NCBI GenBank assembly: GCA_964016885.1
Contig: OZ024749.1
Location: 21,390,001 to 21,454,000, forward strand
Direction of reading: 5' to 3'
Origin: Eledone cirrhosa
Lineage: Eukaryota
Length of the DNA stretch: 64,000 bases
Shown here: one piece after another, positions 1 to 12,708 of the stretch
How the letters are laid out: every line of letters begins with the position of its first letter
Position numbering within the stretch: the first letter of the stretch is position 1
Program-made: the position numbers and the translations under genes
Notes under the pieces: generated by a model
What the model was told of the DNA's origin: nothing
Databases searched by the model: none
What the model saw: only the letters and a program-made list of their open reading frames with translations

Positions 1-970
1 TACGGTTAGGGTTAGGGTTAAGGTTAGTGTTGGTGTTACGGTTAGAGTTAGGGTTAGGGTCAGGGTTATGGTTAGGGTTAGGTTTAGGGTTAGCGTTAGG
101 GTTAGGTTTAGGGTTAGGTTTAGGGGTAGGGTTAGCGTTAATGTTAGGGTTAGGGTTAGGGTTAGGGTTAAGGTGAGGGTTGGGATTTAGGGTTATGGTT
201 AGGTTTATCGTTAGTGTTATGTTTAGGGTTAGGATTAGAATTTAGAGTTAGGGTTAGGGTTAGGGTTAGGGTTAGGGTTAAAGTTAGGGTTAGGGTTTAG
301 GATTTAGCGTTTAGGGTTAGGGTTAGGGTGAGGGTTAGTGTTAGGATTAGGGATACTGTTAGTGTTACGGTTATAATCAGGATTAGGGTAGGGTTTAGGG
401 TTAGGTTTAGGGTTAGGTTTAGGGTTAGCGTTACCGTTAGGATTTTTTATATTTTTTTACTTTTTCACTTTTTAAGTTTTTCAAATCTTTTCGATTTTTT
501 CATTTTTTCATTTTCTCAATTTTTTAGCGTTAGGGTTCGGGTTAGTGTTAGCGGTGAGGTTACGGTTAGGGTTAGGGTTAGGATTAGGGTTTAGGATTTA
601 GGGTTTAGGGTTAAGGTTAGGGTTAGTGTTAGGGTTAGTGTTAGTATTACGGTTAGAGTTAAGGTTAGGGTTGGGGTTTAGGGTTTAGGTTTTAGGGTTA
701 GGGTTAGGTTTAGTGTTAGGGTTAGTGTTAGTGTTAGGGTTAGTGTTAGGGTTAGGGTTAAGTTTAGGGTTAGGGTTAGATTTATGGTTAGTGTTATGGT
801 TAGGATTAGGTTTAGGGGTAGGGTTAGCGTTAATGTTAGGGTTAGGGTTATTGTTAAGGTTAGGGTTAAGTTTAGGGTTATGGTTAAGGTTAGGGTTAGG
901 GTTAGGGTTAGTGTTAGGGTTAGGATTTAGGATTTATGGTTTAGGGTTAGGGTAAGGGTCAGTGTTAGGG

Positions 971-1010
<40 letters not shown>

Positions 1011-1860
1011 TGTTTAGGGTTAGGGTTAGGGGTAGGGTTAGCGTTAAGGTTAGGGTTAGGGTTTGGAGTAGGATTTAGGATTAGGTTTAGGGTTAGGGTT
1101 AAGGTTTTTCATTTTTTCGATTTTTTCAATTTTTCGATTTTTTCGATTCTTTCATTATTTAATTTTAAAATTTTTTTTGGATTTTTTCATTTTTTTCCTT
1201 TTTGGGATTTTTCCATTTTTTCGAATTTTTCATTTTTTCATTTTTTTCAATTTTTTAGAGTTAGGGTTAGGGGTATGGATAGGGTTAGTGTTTAGGGTTT
1301 AGGGTTTAGAGTTATGGTTAGGGTTAGGGTTAGGGTTAGGATTTAGGGTTAGGGTTAGGGTTATAGTTAGGGTTAGGTTTAGGGTTAGGTTTCCGTTAGG
1401 GTAGGGTTTAGGGTTAGGTTTAGGGGTAGGGTTAGCGTTAATGTTAGGGTTAGTGTTAGGGTTAAGGTGAGGGTTAGGGTTTAGGGTTATGGTTAGGTTT
1501 AGCGTTAGGGTTAGAGTTAGGGTTAGGATTAGGTTTAGGTTTGTTTTTTCATTTTTTCTAATTTTCAATTTTTCGATTTTTTCGATTTTTTCATCATTTC
1601 ATTTTTTAAATTTATTTTATTTTTTCATTTTTTCATTTTTTCATTTTTTCATTTTTTCATTTTTTCATTATTTCATTTTTTTATTTATAGATTTTTTCAT
1701 TTTTTCGAATTTTTCATTTTTTTCGAAATTTTGATTTTCTCGATTTTTTCATTTTACCCTTTTTACGAATTCTTCTATATTTTCGATTTTTTTCGATTTT
1801 TTCATTTTTCCGGGTTAGGGTTAGGGTTAGAGTTTACGGTTAGGGTTTACGGTTAGGGTT
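1..1860 (+). repeat. Subfamily III segment (diverged; related to 59.7-64 kb)
   Basis: Rare variants GTTGGTGTT, AAGGTGAGGGTT, TATCGTTAG, GGATTAGAATTT occur in the same order at 1-245, 60486-60665 and ~61970-62175. Pseudo-ORF 713..955 parallels 61446..61667 and 62960..63181. Confidence 0.7.
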
Positions 1861-4800
1861 AGGGTTAGGATTTAGAGTTAGGGTTAGTGTTTCGTTTTTT
1901 AATTTTTTCGATTTTTTCATTTTTCGATTTTTTAATTTTTCGATTTTTTTGGATTTTTTCATTTTATCCTTCTTTCGATATTTTTGATTTATTCGATTTT
2001 TTCATTTCTTTCAAATTTTCTTTTCTTCATTTTTTCGAATTTTCGATTTTCTCGATTTTTTCATTTTACCATTTTTTCGATTTTTCTATTTTGAGATTTT
2101 TTTAAATTTTTTCATTTTTTCATTTTTTCGATTTTTTAGTGTTATTGTTTAGGATTAGGCTTAGGGTTAGGATTTAGGGTTAGTGTTAGGGTTAAGGTTA
2201 GGGTTATGGTTAGGGTTATGGTTAGGGTTAAGGTTAATGTTTAGGGTTTAGGGTTTAGGGTTTAGGGTTAGGGTTAGGGTTAGGTTTAGTGTTAGGGTTA
2301 GGTTTAGTGTTAGGGTTTGGGGTAGGGTTAAGTTTAGGGTTAGGGTTAGGGGTAGGGTTAGCGTAAAGTTTAGGGTTAGGGTTAGGTTTAGCGTTAGGGT
2401 TAGGAGTAGGATTTAGGGTTAGGTTTAGGGTTACATTTAGGGTTAAGATTTTTTCATTTTTTCGATTTTTTCGTTTTCATTATTCCACTTTTAAATTTTT
2501 TTTCGATTTGTTCATTTTTTCCTTTTTGGGATTCTTCCATTTTTTCGATTTTTTCATTTTTTATTTTTGAAATTTTTTAGCGTTAGGGTGAGGGTTAGGG
2601 TTAGGGTTAGAGTTAGGGTTAGGGTTAGGGTTAGGGTTTAGGATTTAGGCTTTATGTTTAGGTTTATGGTTAGGGTTAGGGTTAAGGTTAGTGTTAGAGT
2701 TAGGGTTAGAGTTAGGGTTAGGATTTAGGAATTAGGGTTTAGGGTTAGGGTTAGGGTTAGGTTTAGTGTTAGGTTTAGGGTTAGGGTTAGGGTTAGTTTT
2801 TAGGATTTAGGGTTTAGGTTTAGGGTTATGGTTAGGGTTATGGTTAGGGTTAGGGTTAGGGTTAGTGTTACTGTTACGGTTACAGTTAGGGTTAGGGTTT
2901 CGTTTTTTCATTTTTTCGATTTTTTCATTTTTCGATTTTTTTAAGATTTTTTCATTTTATCCTTCTTTCGATATTTTAGATTTATTCAATTTTTTCTTTT
3001 CTTTCAAATTTTCTTTTCTTCATTTTTTCGATTTTACGATTTTTTCATTTTTTCATTTTATCGAATTTTCGATTTTCTCGATTTTTTCATTTTACCATTT
3101 TTTCGATTTTTCTATTTTTAGATTTTTTTTGATTTTTTCATTTTTTCATTTTTTCGATTTTTTAGTGTTATTGTTTAGGGTTAGGGTTAAGGGTTAGGTT
3201 AGGGTTAGGATTTAGGGTTAGTGTTAGGGTTAAGGTTAGGGTTATGGTTAGGGTTATGGTTAGGGTTAAGGTTAATGTTTAGGGTTTAGGGTTTAGGGTT
3301 AGGGTTAGGGTTAGGGTTAGGGTTAGGTTCAGTGTTAGGGTTAGGTTTAGTGTTAGGGTTTGGGGTAGGGTTAAGTTTAGGGTTAGGGTTAGGGGTAGGG
3401 TTAGCGTTAAGTTTAGGGTTAGGGTTAGGTTTAGCGTTAGGGTTAGGGTTAGGAGTAGGATTTAGGTTTAGATTTAGGGTTACATTTAGGGTTAAGATTT
3501 TTTCATTTTTTCGATTTTTTCAATTTTTCGATTTTTTTCGATTTTTTCATTATTTAACTTTTTCATTATTTCACTTTTTTTCATTATTTCACTTTTTCAT
3601 TATTTCACTTTTTTTTCGATTTTTTCATTTTAGGTTAGGGTTAGGGTTAGGGCTAGGAGTAGGATTTAGGGTTAGGTTTAGGGTTACATTTAGGGTTAAG
3701 ATTTTTTCATTTTTTCGATTTTTTCGTTTTCATTATTCCACTTTTAAATTTTTTATCGATTTTTTCATTTTTTCCTTTTTGGGATTTTTCCATTTTTCAA
3801 TTTTTTCATTTTTTCATTTTTTAAATTTTTTAGCGTTAGGGTTAGGGTTAGGGCTAGGGTTAGGGTTAGGGTTTAGGATTTAGGGTTTAGGTTTAGGTTT
3901 ATGGTTATGGTCAGGGTTAAGGTTAGTGTTAGTGTTTCGGTTAGAGTTAGGGTTAGAGTTAGGGTTAGGGTTTAGGAATTAGGGTTTAGGGTTAGGGTTT
4001 AGGATTTAGGGTTTAGGTTTAGGGATATGGTTAGGGTTAGGGTTAAGGTTAGTGTTAGTGTTTCGGTTAGAGTTAGGTTTAGGGTTAGGATTTAGGGTTA
4101 GGGTTAGGGTTATGATTAGGGTTATGATTAGTTTTAGTGTTACGGTTAGATTTAGAATTAGGGATAGGGTTTAGGGGTACGGTTAGGTTTAGTGTTAGGG
4201 TTAGGGTTACGTTTTTTCATTTTACCATTTTTTCGATTATTCTATTTTTAGATTTTTTTTTATCTTTTAATTTTTTCATTTTATCGATTTTTTAGTGTTA
4301 TTGTTTATGATTAGGGCTTAGGGATAGGTTTAGGATTAGGATTTAGGGTTAGTGTTAGGGTTAAGGTTAGGGTTAGGGTTAGGGTTAGGGTTAGGTTTAG
4401 TGTTAGGGTTTGGGGTAGGGTTAAGTTTAGGGTTAGGGTTAGGGGTAGGGTTAGCGTTAAGTTTAGGGTTAGGTTTAGCGTTAGTGTTAGGAGTAGGATT
4501 TAGGGTTAGGTTTAGGGTTACATTTAGGGTTAAGATTTTTTCATTTTTTCGATTTTGTCGATTTTTTCGATTTTTTCATTATTCCACTTTTAAATTTTTT
4601 TTCGATTTTTTCATTTTTTCCTTTTTTGGATTTTTCTATTTTTTCGATTTTTTCATTTTTCATTTTTTCAATTTTTTAGCGTTAGGGTTAGGGTTAGGGT
4701 TAGGGTTAGGGTTTAGGATTTAGGGTTTACGTTTAGGTTTATGGTTAGGGTTAGGGTTAAGGTTAGTGCTAGTGTTTCGGTTAGAGTTAGGGTTAGAGTT

Positions 4801-5394
4801 AGGGTTAGGGTTTAGGAATTAGGGTTTAGGGTTAGGGTTAGGGTTAGGTTTAGTGTTAGGTTTAGAGTTAGGGTTAGGGTTAGGGTTAGGGTTTAGGATT
4901 TAGGGTTTAGGTTTAGGGTTATGGTTAGGGTTAGGGTTAGGGTTAGTGTTAGTGTTACGGTTACAGTTAGGGTTAGGGTTAGGATTTAGAGTTAGGGTTA
5001 GGGTTTCGTTTTTTCATTTTTTCGATTTTTTCATTTTTCGATTTTTTTTAGATTTTTTCATTTTATCCTTCTTTCGATATTTTCGATTTATTCGATCTTT
5101 TCTTTTCTTTCAAATTTTCTTTTCTTCATTTTTTCGAATTTTCGATTTTCTCGATTTTTTCATTTTACCATATTTTCGATTTTTCTATCAGATTTTTTTT
5201 GATTTTTTCATTTTTTCATTTTTTCGATTTTTTAGTGTTATTGTTTAGGGTTAGGGTTTCGGGTTAGGGTTAGGGCTAGGATTTAGGGTTAGTGTTAGGG
5301 TTAAGGTTAGGGTTATGGTTAGGGTTATGGTTAGGGTTAAGGTTAATATTTAGGGTTTAGGGTTAGGGTTAGGGTTAGGGTTATGTTTAGTGTT

Positions 5395-6230
5395 AGTGTT
5401 ACGGTTACAATTAGGGTTAGGGTTAGGATTTAGAGTTAGGGTTAGGGTTTCGTTTTTTCATTGTTTCGATTTTTTCATTTTTTCATTTCTTCAATTTTTA
5501 GCGTTAGGGGTATGGATAGGGTTAGTGTTTAGGGTTTAGGGTTTAGGGTTAGGGTTAGGGTTAGGGTTAGGGTTAGGGTTAGGGTTAGGGTTAAGTTTAG
5601 TGTTAGTGTTTCGGTTAGAGTTAGGGTTAGGGTTAGGGTTAGGGTTAGGGTTAGTTTTAGGGTTAGGGTTAGGGTTAGGGTTAGGGTTAGGGTTAATGTT
5701 TAGGGTTTAGGGTTTAGGGTTAGGCTTAGGGTTAGGGTTAGGGTTAGTGTTAGTGTTTCGGTTACAATTAGGGTTAGGGTTAGGATTTAGAGTTAGGGTT
5801 AGGGTTTCGTTTTTTCATTTTTTCGATTTTTTCATTTTTTCATTTCTTCAATTTTTAGCGTTAGGGTTAGGGGTATGGATAGGGTTAGTGTTTAGGGTTT
5901 AGTGTTTAGGGTTATGGTTAGGGTTAGGGTTAGTGTTAGGGTTAGTGTTAGGGTTAGGGTTAGGGTTAGGGTTAAGGTTAATGTTTAGGGTTTAAGCTTT
6001 AGGGTTAGGCTTAGGGTTAGTGTCAGGGTCAGGGTTAGGGTTAGTGTTAGTGTTTCGTTTACAATTAGGCTTAGGGTTAGGATTTAGAGTTAGGGTTAGG
6101 GTTTCGTTTTTTCATTTTTTCGATTTTTTCATTTTTTCATTTCTTCAATTTTTAGCGTTAGGGTTAGGGGTATGGATAGGGTTAGTGTTTAGGGTTTAGT
6201 GTTTAGGGTTATGGTTAGGGTTAGGGTTAG
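5395..6230 (+). repeat. Three tandem copies of a 0.30-0.36 kb sub-unit carrying a short hybrid T-block
   Basis: TTACAATTAGG...GGGTTTCGTTTTTTCATT...TTCTTCAATTTTTAGCG...TATGGATAGGG starts at ~5405, 5762 and 6059. Confidence 0.85.
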
Positions 6231-6442
6231 TGTTGGGGTTAGTGTTAGGTTTAGGGTTAGCGTTAGGGTTAGGGTTTAGGATTTAGGGTTTAGGTTTAGG
6301 GTTATGGTTAGGGTTAGTGTTAAGGTTAGTGTTAGTGTTTCGGTTAGATTTAGGGTTAGGGTTAGGGTTTAGGATTTAGGGTTTAGGTTTAGGGTTATGG
6401 TTAGGGTTAGGGTTAAGGTTAGTGTTAGTGTTTCAGTTAGAG

Positions 6443-6482
<40 letters not shown>

Positions 6483-7000
6483 TGGTTAGGGTTAGGATTA
6501 GTGTTAGTGTTACGGTTAGAGTTAGAGTTAGGAATAGCGTTTAGGGGTAGGGGCATTTTTTTTATTTTTTCACTTTTTCTAATTTTCGATTTTTTCATTT
6601 TTTCCTTTTCTAAATTTGTTAGCGTTTGTGTTATGGGTAAGGTTAGGGATAGGTTTAGGGTTAGGGTTGGGGTTAGGAGTAGGGTTAGGGTTAGGGTTAG
6701 GTTTAGTGTTAGGGTTTCGGGTAGGGTTAAGTTTAGGGTTAGGGTTAGGGGTAGGGTTAGTGTTTAGTTTAGTGTTAGGGGTAGGATTTAGGGTTAGGTT
6801 TAGGGTTACATTTAGGGTTAAATTTTTTCATTTTTTCGAGTTTTTCGATTTTTTCATTATTCCACTTTTAAATTTTTTTTCGATTTTTTCATTTTTTCCT
6901 TTTTTTGATTTTTCCATTTTTTCGATTTTTTTCATTTTTTCATTTTTTAAATTTTTTAGGGTTAGGGTTAGGGTTAGGGTTAGGGTTAGGGTTAGGGTTA

Positions 7001-7152
7001 GTTTTAGTGTTTCGGTTAGAGTTAGGGTTAGGGTTTATTAATTAGGGTTTAGGGTTAGGGTTATGGTTAGGGTTAGGGTTAGTTTTAGTGTTTCGGTTAG
7101 AGTTAGGGTTAGGGTTTATTAATTAGGGTTTAGGGTTAGGGTTATGGTTAGG
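7001..7152 (+). repeat. 81-bp tandem duplication
   Basis: GTTTTAGTGTTTCGGTTAGAGTTAGGGTTAGGGTTTATTAATTAGGG occurs at 7001 and 7082. Confidence 0.9.
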
Positions 7153-8455
7153 TTTAGTGTTAGGTTTAGGGTTAGGGTTAGGGTTAGGGTTTAGGATTTA
7201 GGGTTTAGGTTTAGGGTTAGGGTTATGGTTAGTGTTAGTGTTACGATTACAGTTAGGGTTAGGGTTAGGATTTAGAGTTAGGGTTAGGGTTTCGTTTTTT
7301 CATTTTTTCGATTTTTTCATTTTTCGATTTTTTCATTTTTCGATTTTTTTAGATTTTTTCATTTTATCCTTCTTTCGATATTTTCTATGTATTCGATTTT
7401 TTCTTTTCTTTCAAATTTTCTTTTCTTCATTTTTTCGATTTTACGATTTTTCGATTTTTTCATTTTTTCACTTTTTCATTTTTTCGAATTTTCGATTTTC
7501 TCGATTTTTTTCATTTTACCATTTTTTCGATTTTTCTATTTTTAGATTTTTTTTGATTTTTTGATTTTTTCATTTTTTCGATATTTTAGTGTTATTATTT
7601 AGGGTTAGGATTTAGGGTTAGGGTTAGGTTTAGGATTTAGGGTTAGTGTTAGGGTTAAGGTTAGGGTTATGGTTAGGTTATGGTTAGGGTTAAGGTTAAT
7701 GTTTAGGGTTTAGGGTTTAGGGTTAGGTTTAAGTTTAGGGTTAGGCTTAGCTTTAGTGTTACGGTTAGGGTTTAGGGTTAGGGTTTGGGGTAGGGTTAAA
7801 TTTAGGGTTAGGGTTAGGGGTAGGGTTAGCGTTAAGTTTAGGGTTAGGGTTAGGTTTAGCGTTAGGGTTAGGGTTAGGAGTAGGATTTAGGGTTAGATTT
7901 AGGGTTACATTTAGGGTTAAGATTTTTTCATTTTTTCGATTTTTTCAATTTTTCGATTTTTTCGATTTTTTCATTTAACTTTTTCATTATTTCACTTTTT
8001 TTCATTATTTCACTTTTCATTATTTCACTTTTTTTTCGATTTTTTCATTTTTCCCTTTCTGGGATTTTTCCATTTTTTCAATTTTTTCATTTTTTCATTT
8101 TATAAATTCTTTAGCGTTAGGGTTAGTGTTAGGTTTAGGGTTAGGGTTAGGGTTAGGGTTACGGTTTAGGATTTAGGGTCTAGGTTTAGGGTTATGGTTA
8201 GGGTTAGGGTTAAGGTTAGTGTTAGTGTTTCGGTTAGAGTTCGGGTTAGGGTTAGGGTATAGTGTTAGGGTTAGGGTTATGGTTAGGGTTAGGATTAGGG
8301 CTAGTGTTAGTGTTACGGTTAGAGTTAGAGTTAGGATTAGGGTTTAGGGGTAGGGTTAGGTTTAGTGTTAGGGTTACGTTTTTTCATTTTTTTTATTTTT
8401 TCACTTTTTCTAATTTTCGATTTTTTCATTTTTTCATTTTCTCAATTTGTTAGCG

Positions 8456-8515
8456 TTAGGGTTAGGGTTAGGGTTAGGGTTAGGGTTAGGGTTAGGGTTA
8501 GGGTTAGGGTTAGGG
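8456..8515 (+). repeat. Longest perfect telomeric run seen, (TTAGGG)10
   Basis: Direct reading. Next longest seen are 9 units at 40148-40201 and 8 units at 5543-5590. Confidence 0.8.
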
Positions 8516-9466
8516 TTGGGGTTAGGATTAGGGTTAGGGTTAGGGTTAATGTTTATGATTTAGGGTTTAGGGTTGGGGTTAGGGTTAGGGTTAGTGTTAG
8601 TGTTACGGTTACAGTTAGGGTTAGGGTTAGAATTTAGAGTTAGGGTTAGGGTTTCGTTTTTTCATTTTTTCGATTTTTTCAGTTTTCGATTTTATCACTT
8701 TTCGATCTTTTTAGATTTTTTCATTTTATCCTTCTTTCGATATTTTCGATTTATTCGATTTTTTCATTTCTTTCAACTTATTTTTTCTTCATTTTTTCTA
8801 TTTTACGATTTTTTCGATTTTTTTCATTTTTTCACTTTTTTCATTTTTTCGAATATTCGATTTTCTGGATTTTTTCATTTTACCATTGTTTCGATTTTTT
8901 CTATTTTTAGATTTTTTTTGATTTTTTGATTTTTTGATTTTTTCGATTTTTTAGTGTTATTGTTTAGTTTTACGGTTTAGGGTTAGGGTTAGGGTTAGGA
9001 TTTACGGTTAGTGTTAGGGTTAAGGTTAGGGTTATGGTTAGGGTTATGGTTAGGGTTAAGGTTAATGTTTAGGGTTTAGGGTTTAGGGTTAGGGTTAGGG
9101 TTAGGAGTAGGATTTAGGGTTAGATTCAGGGTTACAATTAGGGTTAAGATTTTTTCATTTTTTCGATTTTTTCAATTTTTCGATTTTTTCGATTTTTTCA
9201 TTTAACTTTTTCATTATTTCACTTTTTTTCATTATTTCACTTTTCATTATTTCACTTTTTTTTCGATTTTTTCATTTTTCCCTTTCTGGGATTTTTCCAT
9301 TTTTTCAATTTTTTCATTTTTTCATTTTATAAATTCTTTAGCGTTAGGGTTAGTGTTAGGTTTAGGGTTAGGGTTAGGGTTAGGGTTACGGTTTAGGATT
9401 TAGGGTCTAGGTTTAGGGTTATGGTTAGGGTTAGGGTTAAGGTTAGTGTTAGTGTTTCGATTAGAG

Positions 9467-9500
<34 letters not shown>

Positions 9501-11594
9501 TGGTTAGGGTTAGGTTTAGGATTAGGGCTAGTGTTAGTGTTACGGTTAGAGTTAGAGTTAGGATTAGGGTTTAGGGGTAGGGTTAGGTTTAGTGTTAGGG
9601 TTAGGTTTAGTGTTAGGGTTAGGGTTACGTTTTTTCATTTTATTTTTTGACTTTTTCTAATTTTCGATTTTTCCATTTTTTCATTTTCTCAATTTTTTAG
9701 CGTTAGGGTTATAGGTAAGTTTAGCGTTAAGGTTAGGGATAGGTTTAGGGTTTGGGTTAGGGTTAGGATTAGAGTTAGGGTTAGGGTTAATATTTATGAT
9801 TTAGGGTTTAGGGTTAGGGTTAGGGTTAGGGTTAGTGTTAGTGTTACGGTTACAGTTAGGGTTAGGGTTAGGATTTAGAGTTAGGGTTAGGGTTTCGTTT
9901 TTTCATTTTTTCGATTTTTTCATTTTTTGATTTTATCACTTTTCGATTTTTTTAGATTTTTTCATTTTATCCTTCTTTCGATATTTTCGATTTATTCGAT
10001 TTTTTCATTTCTTTCAACTTTTTTTTTCATTTTCTCGATTTTACGATTTTTTCGATTTTTTAATTTTTTCACTTTTTCATTTTTTCGAATATTCGATTTT
10101 CTCGATTTTTTCATTTTACCATTGTTTCGATTTTTTCTATTTTTAGATTTTTTTTGATTTTTTGATTTTTTGATTTTTTCGATTTTTTAGTGTTATTGTT
10201 TAGTGTTAGGGTTTAGGGTTAGGGTTAGGGTTAGGATTTACGGTTAGTGTTAGGGTTAAGGTTAGGGTTATGGTTAGGGTTATGGTTAGGGTTAAGGTTA
10301 ATGTTTAGGGTTTAGGGTTTAGGGTTAGGGTTAGGGTTAGAGTTAGGGTTAGGGTTAGGTTTAGTGTTAGGGTTTGGGGTAGGGTTATGTTTAGGGTTAG
10401 GGGTAGGGTTAGCGTTAATTTAGGGTTAGGGTTAGGTTTAGCGTTAGGGTTAGGGTTAGGAGTAGGATTTAGGGTTAGATTTAGGGTTACATTTAGGGTT
10501 AACATTTTTTCATTTTTTCGATTTTTTCAATTTTTCGATTTTTTTCGATTTTTTTCATTATTTTACTTTTTCATTATCTCACTTTTTTTCGATTTTTTCA
10601 TTTTTTCCTTTTTGGGATTTTTCCATTTTTTCAATTTTTTCATTTTTTCATTTTTTAAATTTTTTAGCGTTAGGGTTAGGGTTAGGGTTAGGGTTAGTGT
10701 TAGGGTCAGAGTTTAGGATTTAGTGTTTAGGTTTAGGTTTATGGTTAGGGTTAGTGTTATGGTTAGTGTTAGTGTTTCGGTTAGAGTTAGGGTTAGAGTT
10801 AGGGTTACGGTTTAGGAATTAGGGTTTAGGGTTAGGGTTAGGTTTAGTGTTAGGTTTAGGGTTAGGGTCTAGGTTTAGGGTTATGGTTTAGGGTTAGGGT
10901 TAAGGTTAGTGTTAGTGTTTCGGTTAGAGTTAGGGTTAGGGTTTAGGGTTAGGGTCAGTGTTATGGTTAGGGTTAGGATTAGTGTTAGTGTTAGTATTAC
11001 GGTTAGAGTTAGAATTAGGAATAGGGTTTAGGGGTAGGGTTAGGTTTAGTGTTAGGGTTTCATTTTACCATTTTTTCGATTTTTTCGATTTTTAGATTTT
11101 TTTGGATTTTTTGATTTTTTTCTTTTTTTAGATTTTTTAGTGTTATTGTTTAGGGTTTTGGGTTTAGGGTTAGGGTTAGGGTTATGGTTAGGTTTAGTGT
11201 TAGGGTTAGGGTTTAGGGTTAGGGTTTGGGGTTGGGTTAGGTTTAGGGTTAGGGTTAGGTTTAGCGTTAAGTTTAGGGTTAGGGTTAGATTTAGCGTTAG
11301 GGTTAGGAGTAGGATTTAGGGTTAGGTTTAAGGTTACATTTAGGGTTAAGATTTTTTCAAATTTTCGATTTTTTAAATTTTTTCTTTATTTCACTTTTAA
11401 ATTTTTTATCGATTTTTTCATTTTTTCCTTTTTGGGATATTTCCATTTTTTCGATTTTTTCATTTTTTCATTTTTTAAATTTTTTAGCGTTAGGTTTAGG
11501 GTTAGGGTTAGCGTTAGGGTTAGGGTTAGGGGTAGGGTTAGCGTTAAGGTTAGGGTTAGGGTTTTGGTAAGGGCTAGGATTAGGATTTAGGGTT

Positions 11595-12544
11595 AGGGTT
11601 AGGGTTATGTTTAGGGTTAAGGTTTTTTTCATTTTTACGATTTTTCAATTTTTCGATTTTTTCGATTTTTTCATTATTTCATTTTAATATTTTTTTCGAT
11701 TTTTACCTTTTTTCCGTTTTGGGATTTTTCCATTTTTTTCGATTTTTTTCATTTTTTCATTTTTTCAATTTTTTAGCGTTAGGGTTAGGGTTATGGATAG
11801 GGTTAGTGTTTAGGGTTTAGGGTTTAGGGTTTAGGGTGATGGTTAGGGTTAGGGTTAGGGTTAGGTTTAGTGTTAGGTTTAGGGTTAGGGTTAGGGTTAG
11901 GGTTTAGGATTTAGGGTTTAGGTTTAGGTTTATGGTTAGGGTTAGGGTTAAGGTTAGTGTTAGTGTTTCGGTTAGAGTTAGGGTTAAGGGTTAGGTTTTA
12001 GGGTTAGGGTTAGAGTTATGGTTAGGGTTAGGATTAGGGCTAGTGTTAGTGCTACGGTTAGAGTTAGAGTTAGGATTAGGGATTAGGGGTTGGGTTAGGT
12101 CTAGTGTTATGGTTAGGGTTACGTTTTTTCATTTTTATTATTTTTTGACTTTTTCTAATTTTCGATTTTTTCATAATTTCATTCTCAATTTTTTAGCGTT
12201 AGGGTTATAGGTAAGGTTAGCGTTAAGGTTATGGATAGGTTTAAGGTTAGGGTTGGGGTTAGGATTAGGGTTAGGATTAGGGTTAATGTTTATGATTTAG
12301 GGTTTAGGGTTAGGGTTAGGATTAGAGTTAGGGTTAGTGTTAGTGTTACGGTTACAGTTAGGGTTAGGGTTAGGATTTAGAGTTAGGGTTAGGGTTTCGT
12401 TTTTTTATTTTTTCGATTTTTTCATTTTTCGATTTTTTCATTTTTCGATTTTTTTAGATTTTTTTCATTTTCTCCTTCTTTCGATATTTTCGATTTTCTC
12501 GATTTTTTCATGTTACCATTGTTTCGATTTTTTAGTGTTATTGT

Positions 12545-12579
<35 letters not shown>

Positions 12580-12675
12580 GATTTAGGGTTAGTGTTACGG
12601 TTAAAGCTAGGGTTATGGTTAGGGTTATGGTTAGGATTAAGGTTAATGTTTAGGGTTTAGGGTTTAGGGTTAGGG

Positions 12676-12708
<33 letters not shown>

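Noticed and set aside
1105-1256. Rho-independent terminators or Pol III termination signals at T-runs
   Set aside because: No upstream hairpins or genes. The T-runs are part of the satellite.
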